This document shows, piece by piece, positions 1 through 8,787 of a stretch of DNA of 64,000 bases. How positions within the stretch are numbered: the first letter of the stretch is position 1; each line of letters begins with the position of its first letter. The position numbers were made by a program, and so were the translations under genes. The DNA is taken from IMG/VR virus record IMGVR_UViG_3300036800_000311, positions 41,538 to 105,537 of that record, one strand, 5' to 3'. The DNA comes from a virus. The notes under the pieces were generated by a model. The model was not told the origin of the DNA. It did no database searches and saw only the letters and a program-made list of their open reading frames with translations.

Positions 1-234
1 ACCACCTGGGCCTGGATCGACCTCGGGGAGCTGCTCACCACCTCTCTCCTCGAGGGGTTCGCGCTCTGGGCCTGGCGATCATCCCCAGGGACCGGCGCGG
101 TGTACGTTGATCGCGTGGAGCTGTTCCTGCTCGAGGATCGGACCTCCACCACCAAGCGGTACGGCGGCATGCGGGACCTCGGGCAGTCCGTCCTCTACGA
201 CAGCAGGCAGACCGGGGCGGTCGTCGCGCGATGA
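1..234 (+). CDS. Partial (3' end) probable tail protein
   Basis: Frame 1 is open from the window edge (TTWAWIDLGELL...GAVVAR*). Its stop overlaps the next ATG (ATGA, 231-234). Confidence 0.55.
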   Translation, partial: TTWAWIDLGELLTTSLLEGFALWAWRSSPGTGAVYVDRVELFLLEDRTSTTKRYGGMRDLGQSVLYDSRQTGAVVAR

Positions 235-2990
235 GCCCGATCTTCGAGCCGACCGTCCAGGAGTTCCGGCGGACCACGTTCCGTCTCGTCGGCCCTCGCG
301 CCCTCGTCTTCCCGACCGCGCTGGAGGCCAACGTCGCCGTCCTCGCCCGCACGGACATGGTTGCCCGGCCGCTCCCCGTCGCGGACCTGCCTCACTCCCC
401 CGACTTCGCGTCGGGATCCTGGACGGGACGCCTCGGCGACGCCGCCGACGGGACGCTTACCTGGCCGAACAAGGAGGCGACGGACGGCACGCCCTGGCGC
501 TACCGCTTCTCCCCGACGGGGAAGCTGATGTGGCTGGAGGTCTACCTCGACGGGTACCTCGACGCGACGCTCTGCATCACGAAGGTCACGACCGCCCGCG
601 ACCGCGTCGACGTCTACGCGACGGACGGCTTCTTCCAGTGCAAGTCCGCGTACGAGCGCGACTGGATCGTCGTCAAGGCCCCGAGGGACGTCATCGAGTG
701 CGGGACCCAGGTGTGGGTCCCGGCGACCGCGGACGGCTTCCCCCCGGGGGCGCTCAACGCGCAGTGGACTACGACGGTGTTCGGAGGCGCGACGGTCACC
801 ATCGGCGCCTCCGGGGGCGCCGTCTTCACAGTTCCCGGAAGCCAGAGCGCCGCGATCTCCTCGAGCGCCTCCGTGGCTAGCACGGCGGCATGGAGTGCGA
901 CGTGCACCGTCCAGAACTTCGGCGGAGCGGGCCTCGGAAGCAACGCGGTGTCGCTGAGGATCACGGAGTCGTCGGGGGACGTGTACTTCATTCAGGCTGG
1001 GAGTGGCGTCGTACTCTTCCAGGGCGGTGGTTCTGGATTCGGCCAGACGCAACTCGCGACCGCGCCGTCGTACGCACTCAGCATCGAGTCAGACGGCGAA
1101 TGGATCTGGGGGTTCGTCAACGGCCAGCTTGTCGGCTGCGGGCGACGAAACCACGCGACCACCACGTCGCTGGCGACGCAGATCAAGATGAACGCGACGA
1201 GCGGCTCCGCGGCGGCGATGACGGTCACTGGGGTCCTCGTTGAGTACCAGGCGCCGTTCCTGATGCGCGGCTCCGACAAGGGCGACTACGTGCTCCCCGG
1301 GGGCGCGACGACGTATCCCGTCGGCGGCGTCCACGCCCGGTACTACAACGACCTCGACCTCCAGGCGACATCCAACCGACTCTCACTGATCATGGCGCCG
1401 ACGCGCGGCCAGGCGTACGGCGGATCCTCCGGGACGCCGGAGTATCAGAACCAGCAAGACGCCCAGATCAACGGGCAGAGCAACCCGCTCCCAGGCGCCG
1501 CGACATCGAACTGGTCGTGCCGATGGTTCGGGGCGATCTGGCTGCCGCTCGGATCTGGGGACTTCGGGATGCAGATCGACCTGCCCGCCGCGTCGGGATG
1601 CGCCGTTCGGGTCTGGATCGGGAAGACCCTGTTCGGTACCCAGTTAGCAGACGGCTGGACGTTCGGCGCGAACCCCGGCGCGTACGGCTGGACGGTCTCC
1701 GCGTCCGCGCTCGCCGGAACGCTCCCCTACGGAGTCGGGACGGCGTCCCGGACCGGCTGGTACCCGATCGTCGTCGAGTACGCCGTCGACGCGACCGCCC
1801 ACGGCGCCCCGATCCTGAGGATCAACAACAGCCCGGCGACCTACACGGACCCCGGCGGGTCGGTGATCGCGTCCGGCGCGCAGACGACGCCCGTCCCGAC
1901 GACGAGCCTCTCCCCGCTCGGATGCGTCGACAACCGCTACCAGGGGACGTCGCACTACGACCTCGTCCAGAAGACCGCCGCCGCCTTCGGCTACCAGGTC
2001 GCCGTCGAGCCGCAGTCGCTGGAGTCCGGCCTCTTCCCCGGCGTCCTCGCACCACGGCTCCGGGAGGGCCACGACACCGACGTCACGCTCGAGCCGGACG
2101 ACACGAAGCGGGCGGAGAGCATGATCAACTACACGTCCGCCCTCGACGCGACGGACTTCGCCTCCTCGATCCAGGGGAACGGCGCCGGGTTCCAGTCCGG
2201 GAACACTGGGCAGCTCCAGGCGAAGGTCTACGACGCGCCGACGCTCTCCGCCTCCCTGTTCGACTCCCAGGGCTGGCAGGACTCCGCGGACGCGTCGTAC
2301 GTGTCGCTGCTCCAGGCGACGCTGAACTCCGAGCTCGGGCTGAGGCTCGGCCCGTGGCAGATGGTCGCCGGGGACCCCGCGGGCCGCCATCGCCTCGCGT
2401 ACTCCTGGCCGCTCCCGAGCGCGCTGTCCCAGATGCGCTGGCGTCCCGGCGACGGCGTCCTGATCCGAGCGAGGGACATCAACGTCTACGACGTCACCCC
2501 CCGTCAGATGCTCCTTATCACCCGGCAGATCCAGGAGGACGGGACCGTCGGCACCCAGGCCGGGTTCGCCGCACGCCCGAAGACCCCCGTCCAGGCGATG
2601 CGCAAGGTCGTCGCGTCCTCGCTCCGCCCGCAGCGGAACTACCAGCCGCAGATGGTCACGCTGACCGGGACCTACGTCACCAGCACCGTCGCCGCCAACT
2701 CGACCGACACCGCGTTCTCCGCCATCGCACTGCTCCCCGGCGATCAGGTCATGAGCGCCACCGTCCGAATCGTCCTGAACTCTACGCCCGCGGTCGTCAA
2801 TCTCTTCGTCAACGGAGCCGACCAGACGACCGTGCTAGGCGGACCATGGGGAGGGGCGGTACCGCTCGTGATCCCCATCAAGGCGGTCGCCGCGGTCTCG
2901 GGCGGAGGCGTCCTCTACGCGCAGGTTCACAACGGCAGCGGCGCGGCCTCGACCTTCCAGTACCAGCTCCTCGTCGACGTCAAGCGCTAG
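231..2990 (+). CDS. Large minor tail / receptor-binding protein with a PA14-like domain
   Basis: 919 aa, rich in G/A/T/S and beta-strand-like. Central PA14-like pattern (YYNDLDL...WSCRWFGAIW...VRVWIG...GWYPIVVEY). Lies upstream of the lysis-like genes. Confidence 0.7.
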   Translation: MSPIFEPTVQEFRRTTFRLVGPRALVFPTALEANVAVLARTDMVARPLPVADLPHSPDFASGSWTGRLGDAADGTLTWPNKEATDGTPWRYRFSPTGKLMWLEVYLDGYLDATLCITKVTTARDRVDVYATDGFFQCKSAYERDWIVVKAPRDVIECGTQVWVPATADGFPPGALNAQWTTTVFGGATVTIGASGGAVFTVPGSQSAAISSSASVASTAAWSATCTVQNFGGAGLGSNAVSLRITESSGDVYFIQAGSGVVLFQGGGSGFGQTQLATAPSYALSIESDGEWIWGFVNGQLVGCGRRNHATTTSLATQIKMNATSGSAAAMTVTGVLVEYQAPFLMRGSDKGDYVLPGGATTYPVGGVHARYYNDLDLQATSNRLSLIMAPTRGQAYGGSSGTPEYQNQQDAQINGQSNPLPGAATSNWSCRWFGAIWLPLGSGDFGMQIDLPAASGCAVRVWIGKTLFGTQLADGWTFGANPGAYGWTVSASALAGTLPYGVGTASRTGWYPIVVEYAVDATAHGAPILRINNSPATYTDPGGSVIASGAQTTPVPTTSLSPLGCVDNRYQGTSHYDLVQKTAAAFGYQVAVEPQSLESGLFPGVLAPRLREGHDTDVTLEPDDTKRAESMINYTSALDATDFASSIQGNGAGFQSGNTGQLQAKVYDAPTLSASLFDSQGWQDSADASYVSLLQATLNSELGLRLGPWQMVAGDPAGRHRLAYSWPLPSALSQMRWRPGDGVLIRARDINVYDVTPRQMLLITRQIQEDGTVGTQAGFAARPKTPVQAMRKVVASSLRPQRNYQPQMVTLTGTYVTSTVAANSTDTAFSAIALLPGDQVMSATVRIVLNSTPAVVNLFVNGADQTTVLGGPWGGAVPLVIPIKAVAAVSGGGVLYAQVHNGSGAASTFQYQLLVDVKR

Positions 2991-3274
2991 CTCGTCGCGC
3001 TGCGCACCACGTAGATCGCCGCCGCCGCCGCGAGCACGAGCAGGACGATCAGTACGATCCCAGAGTGCGTGGCGGCCCCCAGTAGCGCCGCGAAGAGGGA
3101 GAGAAGACCCCAGGTCAGCCAGCCGTACCAGACGCGCTTCGGCAGGGATGCCTTCGGGGCGTCCGGAGTGGGCCACGAGCCGGTCTTGAGCGCGTGCTCC
3201 TCGGCCGGACTCAGGGAGTATCCGAGGGCCGCGGAGCGACGCAAGACGTTGATCTCGGCTTCGGTAAGCAGCAT
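2987..3274 (-). CDS. Small two-TM membrane protein
   Basis: 95 aa with two C-terminal hydrophobic helices; convergent with the tail gene. Confidence 0.6.
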   Translation of the reverse strand: MLLTEAEINVLRRSAALGYSLSPAEEHALKTGSWPTPDAPKASLPKRVWYGWLTWGLLSLFAALLGAATHSGIVLIVLLVLAAAAAIYVVRSATS

Positions 3275-3296
3275 TTCAGGTTCCTTTCTCGTGTCT

Positions 3297-4253
3297 CTAG
3301 GGCGTCACGACTACGGTGCCCGTCGAGGACGCCCAGCCGGGAACGCCGCCCCAGGCGGCCGTGACGGACCAGGCCGTCACCTGGCCGGGCGAGGAGGCCT
3401 GGAGGTAGGCCATGTCCGTCATGCAGTCAGGCGAGAAGACCTCAGACGTCGGCCCGGCGGAGTAGTTCTGCGGGTCGTAGGCGACCTCCAGCGTGCAGGT
3501 CTTACCCAGCGGGACGGTCCCCGCCGACTGCCCCGAGAAGGAGATCGCGACCGACCCCGTCAGCGCGACCCCGTTCTGATCGACGCCCCCGGTCGTCATC
3601 ACGTAGCAGGTCTCCGTCTCGTCGAGGTTCGGCTGGAGGTTCGGGGGCGCGTGCTCGCAGGCGACCGGCGTCGCGGAGACGGACGTCGTCGTCCCGAACG
3701 GTACGATCGTCTCCGTGTCCGTCTCGGTCACGGCCGAGGCGGCGTTCGGGATGTACTCCGTCGTGACCTGGTAGGTCCCCGTCTCCGTGTAGGTGATCGG
3801 ACAGGACGCCGCGCTGATCGCCCCGCCGACGTTCGTCGAGCAGTAGAGGCTCCGAGGTCCGCCGGGCGTCACGGACGAGTAGAAGTTCAGGATCCCCGAC
3901 GGCAGCTGGTCCGTCGCGGCCAGGTTCGTCGCGGCACCCCCGACCGTCGCGGTCGCCGTCGCCGAGTAGGCGTAGGTCACGGCCAGCGGGTTCGTCGGCG
4001 ACTGCGTGAAGGTCGGGTCGACGCCCGCCCGGTAGGAGACGGTCGGCTTGGGCCTCACGGCCTTCTTCCGCACGCAGCGAGCGACGCGGACCCGGACGAC
4101 GTGGCCGTGGCGGCGCTCGCGGACGCGGACGAGCTTCCGTACGTATCCCCTCGGGCAGTGGCGGACCTTCGCGCGCGCGGACGATGCCCCCAGCGCGGAC
4201 CCAGCGTAGGAGCCGACGGAGCAGAGTAGGACGATGAAGATCTTGCGAATCAT
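3297..4253 (-). CDS. Secreted Thr-rich protein with Ig-like domains (alternative start 4280)
   Basis: Signal peptide MIRKIFIVLLCSVGSYAGSALG, a basic Cys-flanked segment (CPRGYVRK...ARCVRKK), then Ig-like strands (CPITYTETGTYQVTTEY). Confidence 0.65.
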   Translation of the reverse strand: MIRKIFIVLLCSVGSYAGSALGASSARAKVRHCPRGYVRKLVRVRERRHGHVVRVRVARCVRKKAVRPKPTVSYRAGVDPTFTQSPTNPLAVTYAYSATATATVGGAATNLAATDQLPSGILNFYSSVTPGGPRSLYCSTNVGGAISAASCPITYTETGTYQVTTEYIPNAASAVTETDTETIVPFGTTTSVSATPVACEHAPPNLQPNLDETETCYVMTTGGVDQNGVALTGSVAISFSGQSAGTVPLGKTCTLEVAYDPQNYSAGPTSEVFSPDCMTDMAYLQASSPGQVTAWSVTAAWGGVPGWASSTGTVVVTP

Positions 4254-4290
4254 GTGGTGCCCCCTTGGGTTTCGAATCATGTGGGCGCTC

Positions 4291-4298
4291 AGTATACT
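4291..4298. promoter_or_regulatory. Palindromic -10 element AGTATACT between divergent genes
   Basis: TATACT reads on both strands. On + it is followed by GAGGAGG and ATG 4313; on - an ATG lies 10 nt downstream. Confidence 0.6.
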
Positions 4299-4312
4299 AC
4301 GAGGAGGAAGGC

Positions 4313-5389
4313 ATGTCGAAAAGATTTCTGCGCTCCGCTACGGCCGAGAGGCCGAGGGCGAGCGTATCCCCCGACCGGCGCGTCGGAGGACCGTACGCGA
4401 GCGCTCACGCTCCCCTGGGCCTATTCCTGGCCGTCGCCCTGACGGCGCTCGCGCTCGTCGGCTGCGGCGGGTCGAGTCACCCCGCGCACGGCTTCCGAAC
4501 GGCGGTCGGAGTCCAGGCCCACAGCCCGACGTTCGGTCTACCCCCGAAGGGCGTAGCGCCGCCGCAGCGATCCGTCACCGCGACCGCGGAGATGTACGAC
4601 TCCGTGACCATCTCGACGATCCCCGCCGCCGCTCGCGCCGTCGCGGGATACCTGCTCCCGTCGTCCTGGCCGACGTACGGGAACGGGTCGCTCGCTCGCG
4701 CGTTCCCCCACGCCGTCCGAGTTCCGATCGCCGTCCAGTCCTACGTGATCATCCGCGGGGTGACGCTCGGCTGCCTCGACGTCGAGCCGGGGGACGCGGT
4801 CCCGTCGCAGGCTCCTGGCTGGGTCCGCGCGGAGCTCGCCGCCCACGTCAAGCCGTGCGTCTACTCGAACCTCTCGGAGTGGGCTCAGGTCCGCTCCTAC
4901 CTCGCCTCCGCGGGGATCACCCGGAGCTCCTACTACGCCTGGCTGGCGTACTGGACGTACCACCCCGGGCTCGTCGGCGGATACGACCTCGTCCAGTGGA
5001 CGAACCACGCCCTCGGGCGCAACCTCGACGAGAACACAGTCTCCCTCGCGGTCCTCGGAGCCACCCCGAGGCCGCGGACGGTCTGCTTCGGCAAGAACGC
5101 CCAGGGCAGCGCGGCCTGTCGGAGGATCCACGCCGAGGTCGCCGGGTGGGCTCGGGGTCGCGACGCGAGCGCTCGGGCGTTCGCCGCTCGCGGCTGCCCG
5201 AAGCTCGACCAGCGGGACACCTGGTTCGCGCAGATGCTCAAGAGGCACCCGCGGACGAAGACCGCGTACCGACGCGGCGCCCTCGCCGCCAGCCGCCGGG
5301 CGTACCGCCAGCGTGACTGCGCCACGTTCCTCGGGCGGCAGGAGAGCCTCGGGCGGCTCGTCGAAGAGACGACGAGACGATACTCGTGA
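4313..5389 (+). CDS. Putative endolysin (GH25-like muramidase) with N-terminal hydrophobic segment and lipobox
   Basis: Strong SD GAGGAGG. LAVALTALALVG-C lipobox. Motifs MYDSV, AVAGY, LDVEPGD, KPCVY, WLAYW, VQW, LDEN fit GH25-like barrels. Confidence 0.65.
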   Translation: MSKRFLRSATAERPRASVSPDRRVGGPYASAHAPLGLFLAVALTALALVGCGGSSHPAHGFRTAVGVQAHSPTFGLPPKGVAPPQRSVTATAEMYDSVTISTIPAAARAVAGYLLPSSWPTYGNGSLARAFPHAVRVPIAVQSYVIIRGVTLGCLDVEPGDAVPSQAPGWVRAELAAHVKPCVYSNLSEWAQVRSYLASAGITRSSYYAWLAYWTYHPGLVGGYDLVQWTNHALGRNLDENTVSLAVLGATPRPRTVCFGKNAQGSAACRRIHAEVAGWARGRDASARAFAARGCPKLDQRDTWFAQMLKRHPRTKTAYRRGALAASRRAYRQRDCATFLGRQESLGRLVEETTRRYS

Positions 5390-5967
5390 GCGCGAAAGAC
5401 GCGGGGGCGAGCGGCGGCTCGCTCCCGCTCTGGCAGAAGATCGTCGCGGCCGCCTACGTCGTCCTCGTCGTCGTCCTCGTCGTCGCGTTCTCCGGCCGGA
5501 TCGGCCCGGACTTCTGGCCGCTGGACAGCTCGCGGGTCGGACCGAACATCGTCGCGGCGGTCGTCACCGTCCTGGTGATGACTCCCCTCGGCGTCCTCGT
5601 CTACCCGCCGACGCGGCGCTGGCTGGAGCTCCGCGTCGACCGCGTCGTCGCCCCGATCCACGAGCACCTCAGGCGAGCGCACGCGCACGCCGAGTGGCAG
5701 GCGCGAGCGACGGCGACGATGGTCCAGAGCCTGACCGGTGCCGCCGTCGCGCCGCACCCGCACTTCGACGTCTCGCCCGCCGCGCGACGCGAGATCCCGA
5801 TGGACGTCGTCGGCGCCGCACTCGCGGACCCGCTGACGGCCCGCCTCGGAGCCGGACCGGCCGCGCAGTTCCTCGCGACCGTCGGGGTCTTCGTCGGAGA
5901 TCTATCCGCCGCGGCGCTCGTCCTGACGCTGACCAGCACCCCACCCCCGAAGGAGGAGAAGCAATGA
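5386..5967 (+). CDS. Membrane protein in the lysis cassette
   Basis: Two N-terminal TM helices; GTGA and ATGA coupling at its two ends. Confidence 0.6.
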   Translation: MSAKDAGASGGSLPLWQKIVAAAYVVLVVVLVVAFSGRIGPDFWPLDSSRVGPNIVAAVVTVLVMTPLGVLVYPPTRRWLELRVDRVVAPIHEHLRRAHAHAEWQARATATMVQSLTGAAVAPHPHFDVSPAARREIPMDVVGAALADPLTARLGAGPAAQFLATVGVFVGDLSAAALVLTLTSTPPPKEEKQ

Positions 5968-6704
5968 GCCTGATCCACATCCCCGAGGAGGTCGTCGACG
6001 GCAAGCGCCTCGGACGGCACATGGACGCCCGCACGGCGACCAAGCGCGACGCTGGAGGGCCGCCGCCGATGGCGAGGACGATCGTCTCCGTCGCGCACAA
6101 GGCGTTCGGGCTTCCGCTGAACCAGGGGAACGTCGGGAAGTGCACCGCGGAGATGATCGCCGGGGCCTGCAACACCCGGCCGCACTACATGAGCAACCTC
6201 TCGCCGCTCCCGAGGACGCTCGGCGATCACGACACCGACAAGGTCTACACCCGGGAGACGGCGAACGAGGGGCAGCCCTGGCCCGCGAACGACCCCGGCG
6301 GAACCGGGATCTACGCCGCGGAGGCCGCGATCGAGCTCGGGATCTGCTCGGACTACCAGGTCGCGACGGACCTCGACGAGATGCTCCGCGCGCTCGTCTT
6401 GCGTCCCGTCGGGACCGGCATCAACTGGTACGACAGCTTCGACTCGCCAGACTCGAGCGGCGTCGTGACCATCACCCCCGGCGCTCAGGTCCGCGGCGGA
6501 CACGAGATCGTCGCCGTCGCGATCGACGCCGTCGCCAAGCGGATCGGCCTCCCGAACTCCTGGGGCACGGAGTTCGGCGTCGCGATCCCCTCCTGCGGCG
6601 TCCCCGGCGGCTGCTTCTGGGTCCCGTTCGACGTCATGGACAGGCTCCTCGGGGAGGGCGGCGACGTCGTCGTTCCCCGCACCGCCCGCGGCTGGCACGC
6701 CTAA
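5964..6704 (+). CDS. Papain-like (C1) cysteine peptidase
   Basis: SD AGGAGG, ATG 5964. Catalytic motifs QGNVGKC, GGHEI and NSWG. Confidence 0.85.
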   Translation: MSLIHIPEEVVDGKRLGRHMDARTATKRDAGGPPPMARTIVSVAHKAFGLPLNQGNVGKCTAEMIAGACNTRPHYMSNLSPLPRTLGDHDTDKVYTRETANEGQPWPANDPGGTGIYAAEAAIELGICSDYQVATDLDEMLRALVLRPVGTGINWYDSFDSPDSSGVVTITPGAQVRGGHEIVAVAIDAVAKRIGLPNSWGTEFGVAIPSCGVPGGCFWVPFDVMDRLLGEGGDVVVPRTARGWHA

Positions 6705-6736
6705 CCCTCAACCCCTCGAAGGAGAACCAACTCCCC

Positions 6737-7117
6737 ATGCTCAAGTTCACCATCCCGACGTGGCTCACCGTCATCCTCGGGCTCGTCGGAGGGATCCTGG
6801 AATACCTCAACCAGGCGAGCTTCCACCTAGCCTCGCCGTGGGGCCAGGTGATCACGTTCGGCCTCTACGCCGTCGGCGTCTTCGGGGTCTCCCCGCTGAT
6901 CCACAACGCCTTCCGGAACGCGCTGCACATCTCCCCGCAGCTCGCTACGGTCATCACCATCCTCCTGACGCTCCTCGCGGCGGCGATCACGACGTTCTCG
7001 ATCAGCGCCGACGTCAAGGGCGTCCTGGAGGGCATCGTCGCCTTCGCGGCGTTCGTCGGGTTCGGCCCGGCGCTCGGCGTCCTTCCTGGTCCAGCCGCCG
7101 CTCCTCCGGCGGTCTGA
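6737..7117 (+). CDS. Holin-like four-TM protein
   Basis: SD AAGGAG, ATG 6737. 126 aa with four hydrophobic segments, within the lysis cassette. Confidence 0.6.
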   Translation: MLKFTIPTWLTVILGLVGGILEYLNQASFHLASPWGQVITFGLYAVGVFGVSPLIHNAFRNALHISPQLATVITILLTLLAAAITTFSISADVKGVLEGIVAFAAFVGFGPALGVLPGPAAAPPAV

Positions 7118-7118
7118 G

Positions 7119-7751
7119 GTGGGGAACGCACTGAACACGTTCTCCCTCGGGGACCTCGCGGAGTACACGACTGAGGGCTCGTTTGGCCCGGACGACAGTC
7201 CGGACGGTCGCCTGTTCCTCGTCGGCCGCGACGATATCCACGGGGTCCTGACCCATCTGTACTCTCGCGTCTCGCTCTCGATCGAGGCGACGATGTTTGG
7301 GTTCGACGACGACGAGCTGAACCAGATCATCTGGTCGAAGGTTGAGGATCCGACGATCGTCGTCGAGCAGGTCCTTGACAGCTCGCAGGCGGGCGGGGTC
7401 CACGAGAAGAAGATCCTCGCGTCCGACGCCGCCGCCGACCCGGAGAGGTACGCGGCGGACTTCGTGATCATGCGGTCCGACTCGGGGCAGATCGTCCACA
7501 CCAAGGGCGGCGTCCTCGACGGGGTGGTCGGGTACGAGGGGTCGACGAACTGGTCGGCCTCCGGCGAGGGCACTGGCATCGGCCTCCACGGGGCGGCAAA
7601 CGCGCTGGGGTTCAAGGCGCAGGAGAACACGCTCTTCGTCTTTACGAACCGCGTCCTGATCGCCAAGCTCAGCGCCCGAATCCGCTACACGGCGATCCAG
7701 GGACGAGCGCGAGCCGCCGCTAAGGCCGCCGCTACCCCTTCGGCTCCGTAG
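7119..7751 (+). CDS. Phospholipase D superfamily protein (single HKD)
   Basis: HTKGGVLD (HxKxxxxD) followed by EGSTNWS and QEN. Confidence 0.85.
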   Translation: MGNALNTFSLGDLAEYTTEGSFGPDDSPDGRLFLVGRDDIHGVLTHLYSRVSLSIEATMFGFDDDELNQIIWSKVEDPTIVVEQVLDSSQAGGVHEKKILASDAAADPERYAADFVIMRSDSGQIVHTKGGVLDGVVGYEGSTNWSASGEGTGIGLHGAANALGFKAQENTLFVFTNRVLIAKLSARIRYTAIQGRARAAAKAAATPSAP

Positions 7752-7845
7752 TCCCGGAGCCCTCAGAGCCTGGGGGGCGTGACACCCCTCCGGGATGGGC
7801 AATGGTCGACCTCGTTGTCGGCCAGCCTCTCCTCCCTCGGCCATC

Positions 7846-7880
7846 GGGCCGTCGGGTTCCTCGGAACTCGGCGGCCCTTT
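7846..7880 (+). terminator. Intrinsic terminator-like hairpin ending the lysis cassette
   Basis: GGGCCGTCGGGTTCC-TC-GGAACTCGGCGGCCC followed by TTT, between convergent operons. Confidence 0.65.
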
Positions 7881-7940
7881 GGTCGTTCTAGGGGCGATAC
7901 GCGCGACGGCTAGCTAGTAGCCCCGGCGGAGCCGGGCTTC

Positions 7941-8312
7941 CTACTCGCTCCCCTGGTGATCGCTATGGTCGCGTGCACCCTCGCGGACGCCAGCGGCTGG
8001 CGTCTGCTCGCGTAGGTCTGTGAGGATCGGCCTGGTCACCCGGCGGACGGGCGGGTGGCGCCAGAGCGTCCGTAGTCCCCAGGCCGAGCCGTACGCGATC
8101 GCCGCGACGCCCACGAGCGCGAACGGGCCGAGCCAGATCGGTAGCACCCAGTGCAGGGGCGAGTGAACCCAGGCGGCGCCCGTGTCGGTTCCGTGTCGAT
8201 TATGCGTTCGCCAGACCAACCCGACGATGAAGGTGGCCAGGAGGCCGCCCACGAACCAGACCGCCGCGAGGTTCGCGAAGAAGGCCCTGTTGACCTCCCA
8301 GCCGCGCCTCAT
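7941..8312 (-). CDS. Two-TM membrane protein
   Basis: Start 8312 is ATGA-coupled to the upstream gene; two hydrophobic helices. Confidence 0.55.
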   Translation of the reverse strand: MRRGWEVNRAFFANLAAVWFVGGLLATFIVGLVWRTHNRHGTDTGAAWVHSPLHWVLPIWLGPFALVGVAAIAYGSAWGLRTLWRHPPVRRVTRPILTDLREQTPAAGVREGARDHSDHQGSE

Positions 8313-8713
8313 GCGGTGTACGGCTGGCTGTAGACGTAGATCGCCCGCCAGCCTCCGTAGTAGACCTCGCCGGGGGACGCGGCGATCCGGTACGTGTGCC
8401 CGGAGTACATCGCGAACAGCGGGACGGCCGTCGTCGGGTTCGCGGTGCTCACGCCGGAGGACTGGCACGAGCCGGAGATCGTGTACCAGTTCCCGTTCGC
8501 GTTGTAGACCTGACCGCAGGCCGTGACGGCCTTGTAGAGGTTGTACTGGGAGCCTCCGCAGCTCACCCCGGCGTAGTTGCTGGCGCCGATCTCGGCGGTC
8601 GCGGAGCAGTTGAGGCCGCTGAACTGGGTCGTGGTCGCGGACGCGGTGGACGCCAGGGCGAGCGCGGCGACGAGCGCCAGGGCGAGGATGGTGATGCGGC
8701 GTGCGTGGGGCAT
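8309..8713 (-). CDS. Small secreted protein with four Cys
   Basis: Signal peptide MPHARRITILALALVAALALASTASA; mature part rich in Tyr, Gly and Ser. Confidence 0.7.
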   Translation of the reverse strand: MPHARRITILALALVAALALASTASATTTQFSGLNCSATAEIGASNYAGVSCGGSQYNLYKAVTACGQVYNANGNWYTISGSCQSSGVSTANPTTAVPLFAMYSGHTYRIAASPGEVYYGGWRAIYVYSQPYTA

Positions 8714-8787
8714 GGGTCGTTTCCCTTCTAGTTGGGTTGGCGGGGAGGAAGGTCCGACAGGGAACCGCAACATACGAGCCTGAGAAG

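Noticed and set aside
7751-7830. HDV-like ribozyme (7-bp P1 with G-U wobble followed by GGGCAA)
   Set aside because: No P3/L3 with the CC needed for P1.1 and no matching P2 or J4/2. Kept only as a generic structured trailer.
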